Shown piece by piece: positions 30,152 through 40,616 of a stretch of DNA of 64,000 bases. Every line of letters starts with the position of its first letter. Position 1 is the stretch's first letter. A program made the translations under genes and the position numbers. Source of the DNA: Obrimoposthia wandeli (taxonomy: Eukaryota); the NCBI GenBank assembly GCA_977020255.1, contig CDROCS010000253.1, positions 2,790,001 to 2,854,000 on the forward strand. Direction: 5' to 3'. Under the pieces are notes generated by a model. The model was not told where the DNA came from. It did no database searches and worked only from the letters and a program-made list of their open reading frames with translations.

Positions 30152-32600
30152 CCTTTTTCGCGTTTGGGGTTGCGGTGTCTTGAACTACAGCAATTTTCGG
30201 GATTAATGGATCATTAGTCTGTGCTAGCTTCGGGCTATGTTTGTCTATACGTTTAAATAGAAGGCTAGCTATCGCAGGTAGGAAAACCAGCGCGCCGATC
30301 ATGTTCCAGACAAACATAAAGGTCAGTAATATTCCCATATCAGCTTGGAATTTTATTGGTGATAACACCCAAGTACCTACACCTACGCCTAACGTTAGGC
30401 CAGTAAATGCCACTGCCTTACCGGTAGTTTTCAGCGTATTGAAATAGGCATCTTTTAAGTTCATGCCAGCGTTTAGGTAAGTTTCAAGTTTGCTGTAGAT
30501 ATAGATACCATAATCCACCCCGATACCTACGCCTAAAGCAATAACAGGCAGAGTAGCTACTTTGACTCCGATACCTAATTTAGCCATTAATGCCTGACAC
30601 AATAGCGAGGTCAGTGCCAGTGGTAGCAGAATACAGGTAACCGTTCGGATGGAGCGGAAGGTGATCAGGCAGAGAATACCAACGACAGCGTATACCCAGA
30701 AAAGCATCTGGTACTGTGCTTTTTCGATCACCATATTTGTGGCCGCTTCAATACCGGCATTACCAGCGGCCAGTTTGAACGTCAATGTATCCAGATCCTT
30801 GAATTCATCAATAAAGGCTTCTGCTTCAGCGACCACGGCTTTTAATGTTTCCGCTTTATGATCGTTGAGGTAGATAAACACAGGGGTCAGACTGCAGTCT
30901 GCATTGTAGCTGCCAGGTGTGGCGGTGACTGAGGCTTGATCCAATAAAGGTTGATTGCGGTTCAGTGCCAGCCACTTGATGTTTCCCTCGTTATATCCTG
31001 TCATCATTTGTTTGGTGTGATTCACCAATGATCGACCCGATTGAACCCCCGGTAATTGTTGCATTCGCCATTGCAGCTGATCAATGGCATCCAGTGTTTG
31101 ATAGTCAGAACATTTGTCTTTGGCAGATTGCACCATTATCACAAAAATATCGGTACTGGTGGTGTAGTTCTCGGTGATGAAAGCGTTATCCAGATTGTAG
31201 CGGGAATCAGGTCGAAGTTCTGGTGCACCAGCGTCTAAATCACCAATCTTTAGTCCTTGACTCTGATGTACTCCAAAAGCGGCTATTAACAGAGCAACAA
31301 CAAGCAGTGACCACGCTTGACGTCGTTGGGTAAAGCTAGAGAGCAGCTGCCAGAACTGATGTTTGCCGTGTTCTTCTGAGTGAAGTTGTTTGTTGACTGA
31401 TGCTTGACTAATACCTGCATAAGACATCAATATCGACAGCAGGATCAGGTTGGTCAGAATAATGACGGCTACGCCCATACTCGCGGCAATCGCTAGATCT
31501 TGGATCACTGGAATTTCGATGACCATTAACGTGGCAAAGCCGACACCATCACTTACCAAGGCGATGCTGCCAGGAATATAGAGGGAACGGAAGGCTCTAC
31601 GAGCAGCAAGTTCTTTATTCGCTCCAATAGCACTTTCATGGGCGATCGCATTGATAATCTGTACGCCGTGGCTGATACCGATGGCGAACACGAGAAACGG
31701 CACTAGCATGGAATAAGGATCTAGGCTATACCCTAATGTTTTCAATAGGCCAAGTTGCCAAATTACCGCGGTCACAGAGCAAAATAGTGGCACGACTGCA
31801 CTGCGTAGGCAACGAGCGTAGCCATATAACATGACTAGAGTAATCACCAAGGCTACGGCGAAGAAAATGACCACTTGGTTGGCACCGTCGATCAGGTCGC
31901 CAACGACTTTGGCAAAGCCAGTGATATGGATTTTAACTGTCTCACTTTGGTACTTATTTCGCACCAGATTTTCTAATTTGTTGGAGAAGGCCTGGTAATC
32001 AATTGGCTCACCAGTTTCAGGATCCTTTTCCATCAGTGGCACATAGACCACCGCCGACTTAAAGTTATTGGCCACTAGTGCGCCTACTTGGCCAGATTTG
32101 AATATATTTGTCTTGAGTTTTTCCAGTTCTGAAGGGGAACCATCGTAGGTGTCTGCAATCACAGAGCCACCCGCAAGACCCTCTTCAGTTACCTCGTTCC
32201 AGCGCACGGATGAAGACCAAATTGATTGCAATGCTGTGCGATTAACACCTGAGATGTAGAATACTTCGTCGTGGACTTGCTTTAGTGTCTCTTGAAATGC
32301 TTTAGTGAAAATATCACCTTCGGTGGTTTCCACTGAAATACGGACTGCACTCCCTAAACCTTTGAGATCATCCTTATGCTCTAGATAGTTGGCAATGTAG
32401 GGATGGGAGGTAGGGATCATCTTCTCATAGCTGGCTTCTGGGCGGATCTGACTAGCCTGAAAAGCAAAAAAAAGCGTTAACAGTGCAAACAGTATCAGCC
32501 ATACAGGACGGTGATTAAAAAATATTCGTTCAATGATAGGTTCGCCAACGCTCGCTGGTTTGAGAAGCGTCTGCTCTAATTGGGTATTAATACTGCTCAT
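30129..32600 (-). CDS. MMPL/RND-family transporter of the DUF1302 cassette
   Basis: FAIGISHGVQ, GVGIGVDYGIY; two MMPL repeats. Confidence 0.9.
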   Translation of the reverse strand: MSSINTQLEQTLLKPASVGEPIIERIFFNHRPVWLILFALLTLFFAFQASQIRPEASYEKMIPTSHPYIANYLEHKDDLKGLGSAVRISVETTEGDIFTKAFQETLKQVHDEVFYISGVNRTALQSIWSSSVRWNEVTEEGLAGGSVIADTYDGSPSELEKLKTNIFKSGQVGALVANNFKSAVVYVPLMEKDPETGEPIDYQAFSNKLENLVRNKYQSETVKIHITGFAKVVGDLIDGANQVVIFFAVALVITLVMLYGYARCLRSAVVPLFCSVTAVIWQLGLLKTLGYSLDPYSMLVPFLVFAIGISHGVQIINAIAHESAIGANKELAARRAFRSLYIPGSIALVSDGVGFATLMVIEIPVIQDLAIAASMGVAVIILTNLILLSILMSYAGISQASVNKQLHSEEHGKHQFWQLLSSFTQRRQAWSLLVVALLIAAFGVHQSQGLKIGDLDAGAPELRPDSRYNLDNAFITENYTTSTDIFVIMVQSAKDKCSDYQTLDAIDQLQWRMQQLPGVQSGRSLVNHTKQMMTGYNEGNIKWLALNRNQPLLDQASVTATPGSYNADCSLTPVFIYLNDHKAETLKAVVAEAEAFIDEFKDLDTLTFKLAAGNAGIEAATNMVIEKAQYQMLFWVYAVVGILCLITFRSIRTVTCILLPLALTSLLCQALMAKLGIGVKVATLPVIALGVGIGVDYGIYIYSKLETYLNAGMNLKDAYFNTLKTTGKAVAFTGLTLGVGVGTWVLSPIKFQADMGILLTFMFVWNMIGALVFLPAIASLLFKRIDKHSPKLAQTNDPLIPKIAVVQDTATPNAKKDDNCHAI

Positions 32601-32612
32601 AGGTACGCTCTA

Positions 32613-33800
32613 TTATTTGTTATATTTTAGTGGGTTATGTTTTATTGGAATGGATTGCAGGCCAGCCAATCCGACAGTTAACAAGCCGGTATCACTATGA
32701 TTTATCACTGCACTGAGTGGCAGTTTATTGAGGGTCTGATTGAGATGAGACACTTGACCCTTAGGGTTGATCTGGAGTGTAAAGCCGCCATCTCCTACCA
32801 GCGCTACAGAGCCGTTGGACAAACGGGTGGCGCCAAATAGACTGGCATCGATTCCAGTATCAATGGGCTTCCATGTGTCACCCTGGTTAAAAGAGATGAA
32901 GACATTGCCGCGTAGACCGTAGGCCACTACTGCACTATCACCTAAACCAACATCACCGACACCGATCACGCCAAAAAATGTACCGTCATAGGGACTGTTT
33001 AATGAAATCCAACTCTTTCCGTTATCGTCTGAGCGGAATAAAGCGCCTGCTTCAGCGGCAATATAAAGGCTATCACCCACAGGGTGGATCGAGTTTAAGT
33101 GCAGTATATCGGGATTGTCGATGTACTTGGTCCAAGGTTGCCAGCTATCACCACTATCTGTGGTGTGAAGAAACAGCCCATAGGCACCGACAATAAAACC
33201 CTCAAGGTCATTGAGAAACCATACATCCAGAAATGGTCGGCTGGCGCCTTCGATGACAAAGCTCTCTGCATCTTCAGCGGCGATGGTTAGGCTCTCCAAT
33301 TGTCTCTCTAATTCGTCAAGTTGTTCTGGGCTTGCCGTTTGCATTGCCGTTTGGTTTTCCGCCAACAGTAACTGTGCATGTTTAAGCATCAGTTGGTTTG
33401 CTTGTTCACCGTCTAGCTGTTTGTGCCAGTGGCTACCACCATCTGAGGTATGTAACACCACGCCATCGTGGCCAACAACCCAGCCATGTTTTTCATCAAC
33501 AAAATAACTGGCCGTTAGGGTGACTCGAACAGGTACCTGCATTTGCTTCCAGTGGGTGGCATTGTCTTCGGAGATCAGAATATGACCTCGTTCACCAACA
33601 GCAATTAATCGGCTACCAATCTGATCCACATCCATTAAAAGACTACGTTGGGCCAAGGGACTGAGCATTGCGGGCTCTACCAGTGCATCGTTTTGAGCAA
33701 AGCCTGGTACTGAAGTAAGTCCCAAGCAAGCAGCGAAAGCCGAAGCCGCGTAATAGCGCCGAGGAAGTTGTGATGATAGCTGTCGACAGATACTAATCAT
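32613..33800 (-). CDS. YCF48/BNR-repeat periplasmic beta-propeller protein
   Basis: Repeated S/T-x-D-x-G-x-x-W Asp boxes; VGERGHIL, GWVVGHDG. Confidence 0.85.
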   Translation of the reverse strand: MISICRQLSSQLPRRYYAASAFAACLGLTSVPGFAQNDALVEPAMLSPLAQRSLLMDVDQIGSRLIAVGERGHILISEDNATHWKQMQVPVRVTLTASYFVDEKHGWVVGHDGVVLHTSDGGSHWHKQLDGEQANQLMLKHAQLLLAENQTAMQTASPEQLDELERQLESLTIAAEDAESFVIEGASRPFLDVWFLNDLEGFIVGAYGLFLHTTDSGDSWQPWTKYIDNPDILHLNSIHPVGDSLYIAAEAGALFRSDDNGKSWISLNSPYDGTFFGVIGVGDVGLGDSAVVAYGLRGNVFISFNQGDTWKPIDTGIDASLFGATRLSNGSVALVGDGGFTLQINPKGQVSHLNQTLNKLPLSAVINHSDTGLLTVGLAGLQSIPIKHNPLKYNK

Positions 33801-33878
33801 AAGTGATGCTCTTTGGTCATATAAATGGGAACGGGTATAAATACTGAGTTATCAGCAGTGTGCGAAGCATAAATTGAA

Positions 33879-33900
33879 CTGACCCTGTCCATAGGGTCAG
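33879..33900. terminator. Hairpin after the DUF1329 gene
   Basis: CTGACCCT-GTCCAT-AGGGTCAG. Confidence 0.5.
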
Positions 33901-33911
33901 TTCAGACTAAT

Positions 33912-35279
33912 CTAACGTCGGCTCATCTTTCTTACTTGAGCTGGGGTATAGAATTTGTCACCTTCACCCTTGTAAATCTTTATTGGTTTTAGGTCTACTA
34001 AGTTAACTGCATAGGATCCATTTTGAAGATCAATATGGTAGAACGATCGTAGGCGCGTTACGGGTACATCGTAGGCGTTTAATAGGTTGGCTAGGCCAAC
34101 ACGCCATAACTCGCCACGACCATCGTAGCTATCGGTAACTACTGCCGTCCAGCTATCTTCGTCTAGGTAGAAAGTTCGTTTGCCGTATACGTGGCGCTTA
34201 CCTTCGGCCAGTGTTGCTTCGACCACCCATACACGATGCAGCTCATAGCGGGCATAGGCAGGATTTAAATGATAGGGTGTTTGAATATCGTCGGTCTTGC
34301 CATTTTTGGTTTCGAAGGCAGCAATAATGCCGTTATTGTTGTAGGGAATATACATTTCCTTCTTACCGACCAACTTCCAGTCGTAACGTTCAGGCGAGCC
34401 ATTGTACATCCAGACTTCGTCGTAGACACTTTGTCCAGCGAACTGGGCATTGGGAGTATCAAAGGCAATAGTAGGAGCTCTACGCACTCGGCGTTGGCCA
34501 GGAATGTACTGCCATGCCTGACGCGGAGTCTCCGATGCATTAACCGCATCACGGAACATGATCACCTCACCCTTACGTCTAACCGGCGTATCGTATTGGA
34601 CGAGCAGTTGCAAGGCGTTACCGTTATAGCTGCTAACATCTTTGGTGGGATCGAAGTAGGGATAAGTTTCCCAAACGATGCCGCCACCGTTAGTTTTTTC
34701 ACCGTTGGGGTAAACTGTGTCACTTCGAAATTCATAGTAATCACCTTGGCCGTTCCAGCGCAATAGGTGGTTCCAGATCGCCTCGTGTCCATTTTGAGGC
34801 ATTGGGAAGGGGTAGCCGCCAAAAGCGTTAGCCACACCGTTTCCACCTTCTTTTAATTCGGCATTCAAGGCATTTTTTTTGGTGTTTTCGTATACCCATT
34901 TAGGCGCCGCGGCTGTGCGGTGCGTTGGATAGACGGGCATATTGAAGGTTTCAGGATACTTGGCGAATAGCGCTTTCTGGCCATCGCTCAACTTATCGGC
35001 ATATTGCGAGTAGTTGCTAGCATCAATGGTAAACAGTGGTTTCTCATCGGCAAACGGATCAATACGGGTGGTTCCTTCACCTTGGTATCCAGCGGGTGGT
35101 GTGGTCATGCCACCTGTCCACTCAGGGATAGAGCCGTCAGCGTTACCGGCACGTTCAGCACCAACCGGTGTTAGTGCCGCAGCCAGCTTAGCTGCTTCTT
35201 GTTCGGAAACCTTGGCCAGCACATTTGCTGAATTAAGGGTGAGTAATACGATTGAAGCTGTAAAAATTATATTTTTCAT
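33912..35279 (-). CDS. DUF1329-family periplasmic protein
   Basis: TPVGAERAGNADGSIPEWTGG, AWQYIPGQRRVRRAP, FYLDEDSW. Confidence 0.85.
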   Translation of the reverse strand: MKNIIFTASIVLLTLNSANVLAKVSEQEAAKLAAALTPVGAERAGNADGSIPEWTGGMTTPPAGYQGEGTTRIDPFADEKPLFTIDASNYSQYADKLSDGQKALFAKYPETFNMPVYPTHRTAAAPKWVYENTKKNALNAELKEGGNGVANAFGGYPFPMPQNGHEAIWNHLLRWNGQGDYYEFRSDTVYPNGEKTNGGGIVWETYPYFDPTKDVSSYNGNALQLLVQYDTPVRRKGEVIMFRDAVNASETPRQAWQYIPGQRRVRRAPTIAFDTPNAQFAGQSVYDEVWMYNGSPERYDWKLVGKKEMYIPYNNNGIIAAFETKNGKTDDIQTPYHLNPAYARYELHRVWVVEATLAEGKRHVYGKRTFYLDEDSWTAVVTDSYDGRGELWRVGLANLLNAYDVPVTRLRSFYHIDLQNGSYAVNLVDLKPIKIYKGEGDKFYTPAQVRKMSRR

Positions 35280-35325
35280 TATTTAGTTCCTTAAGACTTT
35301 AACGTCTTGTTTTTTGCTCTTTTCG

Positions 35326-36945
35326 TTAGAAACGATACTTGTAGAACACGGCAACGTAATCACGATCTGCGTTCAAATGTCCAAGTTCCAGTCTGCCTTC
35401 ATCAGCTAGGATCTCATCTGGATCGGCCATGAAAGTTACATAGCTAATACCAAAGTTGTGATTGTTGAGGTAACTGAAATCAGCGGTGAGTGATAGCTGC
35501 TCGACCCCCTCATTAAAGGTAAATGCTACCGAAGAAACGCCGCTGAAGTCGTTGCGATAGGTAGTAGTGACCGCTAGATCCAGACCACTGGCAATGTTGT
35601 AGTAGTCAGCTTTCACGCTCACGGTTGCACCTGCGGCATTACGATCATGGTCCAACGCGCCATGGATATCATTCACATCTATTCCTAATGCTTGAGCCGT
35701 GGGGTCAGCATCGATATCTAACACACGGTTGTAGCCGACCTCTCCAACTATAGTGAGGCTATCCGCCAAGACTGTGCCACTGATAAGATGGATAACAGAA
35801 ACCTGCGCCTGTAGGGTTTCAGCTTCAGTGAAGTAAAAGGCACCAGGAATTTTCAATTGTACGGGTTGGCCGTCACGATAGGTGATTTCGCCGCTAACAT
35901 TGGTATCACCAAAGACGGTACCGAAACTGGCACCGAGCAGATTGATATCCTCAAAATACTCTTGGGTAAGCTGTGGCCCTAATATCGGGGGTAGCAGTTG
36001 AGGGCTAGGGACGAAATCATTGTACGTTAGGTAATATAAACCGAACTCGGTGTTGTTGAGCGCTTCAGCCAGATAACGTATGGCGATACCCCACTGTCCT
36101 TTATCGGGTTTATCTTCTACTACAGGTAGCCCTAAAACATCAAACGTATCGCCAACAGAACCCTGGCCTAGCACATCAACTACATTAAAATATGAGCCAG
36201 GGGCATCGATGCGAATTTCTTCCCAACCATACTGGTAGTAGGCGCCCATGGAGAAGCTATCCGTTATATCCATCTCAGCGTATACTTGTCCGATTGGCAT
36301 AAAAATATCTTTTAACTCTACACCTGGGGCGTTGGCTTTGCTGGCATCAATCGGTCCTTGTGCAGCGGATATACCGCCGAATACATAAAGGCTCTCGCCC
36401 CAGTTAACCACCTGTTCACCGACACGCAGGCTCAAGCTTCTCTCGCCAATATCGAACGTATGGTAAATAAAGGCGTCAAGTAGCTCTATTTCGGATTTGT
36501 GCAGGTCGATACCGTTCTGCTGAAACGTTTTGGTACCTGCTAGACTTTTATCGTTGTAGATATCGTCGTACCAACCACGGGCACGTAAAAAAACACCACC
36601 GGAACCGTAGTTAATATCTAGATCGCTACTAAAGCTAATTCGGTTCTGGGTCATATCACCATCGTCGAAATTTTTATTACCATCATCGGTCAAAAAACCA
36701 GGAAGACCACCACCACCTGCCGTGATAATCGTATTATCACGGTCTTCCACACGCCATTGGGCATCATAGGTCAAGCTGGTATCCAGATCGACGGTTATCC
36801 CTTTTTCAAAATCCCAGCTCACAGCATGTGCCTGGTTGACTGTTAGCGCTAGTAAAGAGCTAACTAGTACTGACGGTCCTATCAATTGGCTTAGCGTTGT
36901 CTTTTTGAAATGTAATTTAGCGATTGCTCCATTGTAAATTTTCAT
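35326..36945 (-). CDS. DUF1302-family outer-membrane beta-barrel protein
   Basis: DDGNKNF, RVGEQVVNWGES, C-terminal DRDYVAVFYKYRF. Probable start MKIYN at 36945 (GGAG RBS); the ORF extends to 37002. Confidence 0.85.
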   Translation of the reverse strand: MKIYNGAIAKLHFKKTTLSQLIGPSVLVSSLLALTVNQAHAVSWDFEKGITVDLDTSLTYDAQWRVEDRDNTIITAGGGGLPGFLTDDGNKNFDDGDMTQNRISFSSDLDINYGSGGVFLRARGWYDDIYNDKSLAGTKTFQQNGIDLHKSEIELLDAFIYHTFDIGERSLSLRVGEQVVNWGESLYVFGGISAAQGPIDASKANAPGVELKDIFMPIGQVYAEMDITDSFSMGAYYQYGWEEIRIDAPGSYFNVVDVLGQGSVGDTFDVLGLPVVEDKPDKGQWGIAIRYLAEALNNTEFGLYYLTYNDFVPSPQLLPPILGPQLTQEYFEDINLLGASFGTVFGDTNVSGEITYRDGQPVQLKIPGAFYFTEAETLQAQVSVIHLISGTVLADSLTIVGEVGYNRVLDIDADPTAQALGIDVNDIHGALDHDRNAAGATVSVKADYYNIASGLDLAVTTTYRNDFSGVSSVAFTFNEGVEQLSLTADFSYLNNHNFGISYVTFMADPDEILADEGRLELGHLNADRDYVAVFYKYRF

Positions 36946-37205
36946 AATTATCTCCGCTTTTATTATATTTTTATTATTTCGTTTGATTGAACGACGAAAC
37001 ATTTTAGTGCGTTATTATTCCCGTTCAGACTATAAAAATTATTTATATGCCGCTTTAAAATCTGCTCATACATCGACTCACAGACAATTTTATTAACCTG
37101 TGATCCAGCAGAAATTTGTGTACGGGTTTATTTCCTTATTCATTACTCAGTAACAGTGTTCCCCTGCACTCCATATTCATCCTAGAAGATAAATCTGCAT
37201 TGCAT

Positions 37206-37223
37206 AGCCAACCAAAGTTGGGG
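37206..37223. promoter_or_regulatory. CCAAC-NAAA-GTTGG operator
   Basis: AGCCAAC-CAAA-GTTGGGG in the divergent DUF1302/SDR intergenic region. Confidence 0.55.
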
Positions 37224-37292
37224 AAATGAAAATGATTAGCTGTGCAATTTCGAGGAAGAATCCGTTTGAATATAAATGTCAGTGGATTCAGA

Positions 37293-37338
37293 AAACCAAC
37301 GAAAGTTTGTTGTTTGAAAGCTTCGGGTTGGGCAACAT
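37293..37338 (+). promoter_or_regulatory. Operator plus sigma70-like promoter of the SDR-thiolase-MaoC operon
   Basis: AAACCAACGAAAGTTTG immediately followed by TTGTTT-N17-CAACAT. Confidence 0.7.
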
Positions 37339-37530
37339 TTTGTCTAAAGCAATTTTGTCAGAGCTGTTTGCTCAATAGATGTTTTAGTGTTTTTAAAAGG
37401 TGAAATCCAATGACTTACCTTGATGAAAGTTTGGTTAAGGTTTGGGTAATATTAGAGTTTCAATGGAACTATTTAAATGGTATCGCTTTTAAAAACGAAT
37501 AACCCAGTTAGTTAGAAGAGGAAGATTAAA

Positions 37531-38451
37531 GTGAATGATATCCGTTTTGATGGAAAGGTCGTAATAATAACCGGTGCTGGCGGTGGCTTGGGCCGTGCTT
37601 ATGCGCTGGAATTTGCCAAGCGCGGCGCCCGTGTTGTAGTTAATGATTTAGGCAGTAGTGGCACAGGTGAGGGAACAAGCGCTTCAGCGGCAGAAAAAGT
37701 AGTTAATGAGATCAAAGCACTTGGTGGCGATGCCATCGCTAACTATGACTCAGTGGAAGATGGAGAAAAGATAGTACAAACAGCCATTGAACACTACGGT
37801 CGTGTAGATATCGTCATCAATAATGCCGGTATTTTACGCGATTCCAGCTTTGCTAAAATGCAGGATAAAGACTGGGAACTGATCTACAAGGTTCACGTAG
37901 ACGGCGCCTATAAAGTAACCCGCGCCGCCTGGCCGTATATGTTGAAACAAGGCTTTGGTCGCATCATATTTACCACTTCTGCAGCAGGTATTTATGGCAA
38001 CTTTGGGCAGGCGAACTACAGCTCCGCTAAATCTGCATTGATAGGGCTGGGTCGTACACTGGCGATTGAAGGTGGCCGTAAGAATATACTTTCCAACGTG
38101 ATCGCGCCTATTGCCGGTTCTAGGATGACGGAAACGATTTGGCCAGAAGAGATATTAAAGGCCACCAGCCCTGATTTTGTTGTGCCTCTGGTGGTAAAAC
38201 TGTGCGCAGAAGATAACACCGAAAACGGCTCTGTAATTGAAGTAGGGGCAAGCTGGTTTGCTAAAATCCGAATAGAGCGTACTGAAGGTTATGCTTTTGG
38301 CATTGATAACCCGGTAACCGCTGAAGATGTTGCGAGTAAATGGGACATCATTTGTGATTTTGGCAACTCAGGACCTGCAGAAAGTATTATTAGTACTTTT
38401 GATGCCGTGGGTAAAATGGTTGGTATAGATCTACTAAACGCTAAAAAATAA
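37531..38451 (+). CDS. SDR 3-hydroxyacyl-CoA dehydrogenase resembling the N-domain of peroxisomal MFE-2/HSD17B4
   Basis: TGAGGGLG, VVNDLG, NNAGILRD, NFGQANYSSAK. Confidence 0.85.
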   Translation: MNDIRFDGKVVIITGAGGGLGRAYALEFAKRGARVVVNDLGSSGTGEGTSASAAEKVVNEIKALGGDAIANYDSVEDGEKIVQTAIEHYGRVDIVINNAGILRDSSFAKMQDKDWELIYKVHVDGAYKVTRAAWPYMLKQGFGRIIFTTSAAGIYGNFGQANYSSAKSALIGLGRTLAIEGGRKNILSNVIAPIAGSRMTETIWPEEILKATSPDFVVPLVVKLCAEDNTENGSVIEVGASWFAKIRIERTEGYAFGIDNPVTAEDVASKWDIICDFGNSGPAESIISTFDAVGKMVGIDLLNAKK

Positions 38452-38486
38452 ACGTAAATCTTTCAATTTTTAATAGGAATACAATA

Positions 38487-39665
38487 ATGTCTACAGCACG
38501 TATCGCAGGCGTTGGAATGATTAAGTTCACCAAGCCAGGACAACAAGAACCTTATCGTGTAATGGCCTCTAAGGCCATTAAATTAGCATTAAGTGATGCT
38601 GGTATTAACTATAACCTGATACAACAAGCGTATGCTAGTTACATATACGGTGATAGTACCTGTGGTCAACATGCGCTTTATGATGTTGGCATGACAGGAA
38701 TTCCTGTAGTTAATGTTAACAATAACTGCGCATCAGGCTCAACTGCACTTTATTTGGTACGTCAGGCTGTTGCTTCTGGCGCCGTTGAATGTGCTCTGGC
38801 TTTTGGTTTTGAGGAAATGCAACCGGGCGCACTGGGCTCAGCTTGGGCAGACCGTGAAGACCCGTTTTCAGGTATGTTAAGTGCACTGGAGGCAGTGGCA
38901 CCAGAAACACCGCAAGGTCCAGTAGCGCTAAGAATGTTTGGTCAAGCAGGTACGGCTTATATTGATAAGTATGATGCTAATCCAAATATTTTCGCCAAGG
39001 TTTCATCGAAAACCCGTAGCCATGCGATTAAAAATCCGTATTCATTATTTACCAAGGCGCTTACCGTACAAGAAGTGATGGATTCGCCCTCAATTTTCCC
39101 TCCGTATTTAACCCGTTTTATGGCCTGTCCACCTACGTGTGGCGCAGCCGCAGTAGTCGTTTGTAGCGAAGCCTTTGCTAAAAAACACAATATTAATGCC
39201 GATGTTGAAATCATTGGCCAGTCAATGGCAACCGATTTAGCCAATACTTGGGACAATCCCATTGATTTGGTCGGTGCAAAAATGACCGCTAAAGCCGCAA
39301 ATGAGGTGTATGAACAAGCAGGTATTAGTCCACAGGATGTTGATGTTGTTGAACTACATGATTGTTTCACGCCAAATGAAGTTATCAGCTATGAAGGGCT
39401 AGGTTTATGTCCTGAAGGTGGTGCTGAAAAATTTATTTGTGATGGGGATAATACCCATGGAGGTCAAGTTGTGGTTAATCCATCAGGTGGTTTAATGTCT
39501 AAAGGACACCCTATTGGTGCGACTGGTTTAGCACAATGCACCGAGCTGGTTTGGCATCTTCGTGGTGATGCAGGTGACCGTCAGGTTCAGGGAGCGCGTG
39601 TGGCATTACAGCACAACATAGGACTGGGTGGTGCCGCTGTTGTGACCATGTATCGCAAGGTCTAA
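38487..39665 (+). CDS. SCP2/SCPx-type thiolase (lipid-transfer protein family)
   Basis: VNNNCASG catalytic Cys, HDCF, SKGHPIGATG, QHNIGLGG. Confidence 0.85.
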   Translation: MSTARIAGVGMIKFTKPGQQEPYRVMASKAIKLALSDAGINYNLIQQAYASYIYGDSTCGQHALYDVGMTGIPVVNVNNNCASGSTALYLVRQAVASGAVECALAFGFEEMQPGALGSAWADREDPFSGMLSALEAVAPETPQGPVALRMFGQAGTAYIDKYDANPNIFAKVSSKTRSHAIKNPYSLFTKALTVQEVMDSPSIFPPYLTRFMACPPTCGAAAVVVCSEAFAKKHNINADVEIIGQSMATDLANTWDNPIDLVGAKMTAKAANEVYEQAGISPQDVDVVELHDCFTPNEVISYEGLGLCPEGGAEKFICDGDNTHGGQVVVNPSGGLMSKGHPIGATGLAQCTELVWHLRGDAGDRQVQGARVALQHNIGLGGAAVVTMYRKV

Positions 39666-39753
39666 AGAGTTTTAGCAACCACTAAGTATGAGGCGAAGTG
39701 CAAAGTAATTGTTATGCCTTTGCCTCATATATATCATTAATAAGGATTATAAA

Positions 39754-40197
39754 ATGTTAGACCGTAGCAAAGTAGGTCATGAATTTGCTTCTTTTAGCGC
39801 AGATATTGAAAAAGGACGGCTGAAATTTTTCGCCAAAGCCATTGGTGAAAAAAACTCACTATATAGCGACGAACTGGTGGCACGTGCTGCTGGTTACAAA
39901 AACATTCCTGCACCACCAACGTTTCCTTTCGTGCTGGATTTGGAGGGACCTGAATTTTGGCCTGTGCTGGATTTGTTGGATATGGATATTGGTCGGGTTC
40001 TGCACGGCTCTCAGGAATTTGAATACCTAGGCATGATTTATGCTGGCGATACCATCACAGTAACCTCGATACTGAAAGATATGTTTGATAAAAAGGGTGG
40101 CGCCCTTGAGTTTATTGTGATGGAAAGCTCGTATACAAATCAACATGGTGAGCTGGTTTCTAAGGCTGTTAATACGTTAGTTTACCGTACCCCTTGA
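39754..40197 (+). CDS. MaoC-like hot-dog dehydratase, N-terminal-half type subunit
   Basis: FAKAIGE, APPTF, LHGSQEFEY; AAGGA RBS before MLDRSK. Confidence 0.8.
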   Translation: MLDRSKVGHEFASFSADIEKGRLKFFAKAIGEKNSLYSDELVARAAGYKNIPAPPTFPFVLDLEGPEFWPVLDLLDMDIGRVLHGSQEFEYLGMIYAGDTITVTSILKDMFDKKGGALEFIVMESSYTNQHGELVSKAVNTLVYRTP

Positions 40198-40214
40198 GTG
40201 AGAGGAATGTGAAA

Positions 40215-40616
40215 ATGTCTGATATTAAAATAGGGACTGAAATCCCATCATTGAATTTACCGCCGATCTCTCGTGCTACGCTAGCACTTTATGCGGGTGC
40301 TTCGGGAGATCATAACCCAATACATATAGACAGTGACTTTGCCAAAAAGGCGGGTATGCCAGATGTGTTCGCGCACGGTATGTTATCTATGGCTTATTTG
40401 GGACGTATGCTTACCGACTGGAAGCCTCAGTCACAGCTGCGCAAGTTCAGCAATCGTTTTGCGTCGATGACACAACTACAAGATGTGATTACCTGTAGTG
40501 GTAAGGTAGTTGAAATATTCGAAGAAAAGGGCGAGAGACGTGCCCGACTAGAAATTGTTGCAGCCAAGCGTGATGGTACTCAAACCTTAGTGGGCGAAGC
40601 TATAATTACCTTGTAA
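40215..40616 (+). CDS. MaoC (R)-specific enoyl-CoA hydratase, catalytic subunit
   Basis: YAGASGDHNPIHID...AHGMLSM hydratase-2 motif. Confidence 0.85.
   Translation: MSDIKIGTEIPSLNLPPISRATLALYAGASGDHNPIHIDSDFAKKAGMPDVFAHGMLSMAYLGRMLTDWKPQSQLRKFSNRFASMTQLQDVITCSGKVVEIFEEKGERRARLEIVAAKRDGTQTLVGEAIITL

Noticed and set aside
38487-39665. Ltp2-type retro-aldolase call for the lipid-transfer protein
   Set aside because: The catalytic Cys (NNCASG) and the GHP motif are intact, which fits an SCP2-type thiolase better.
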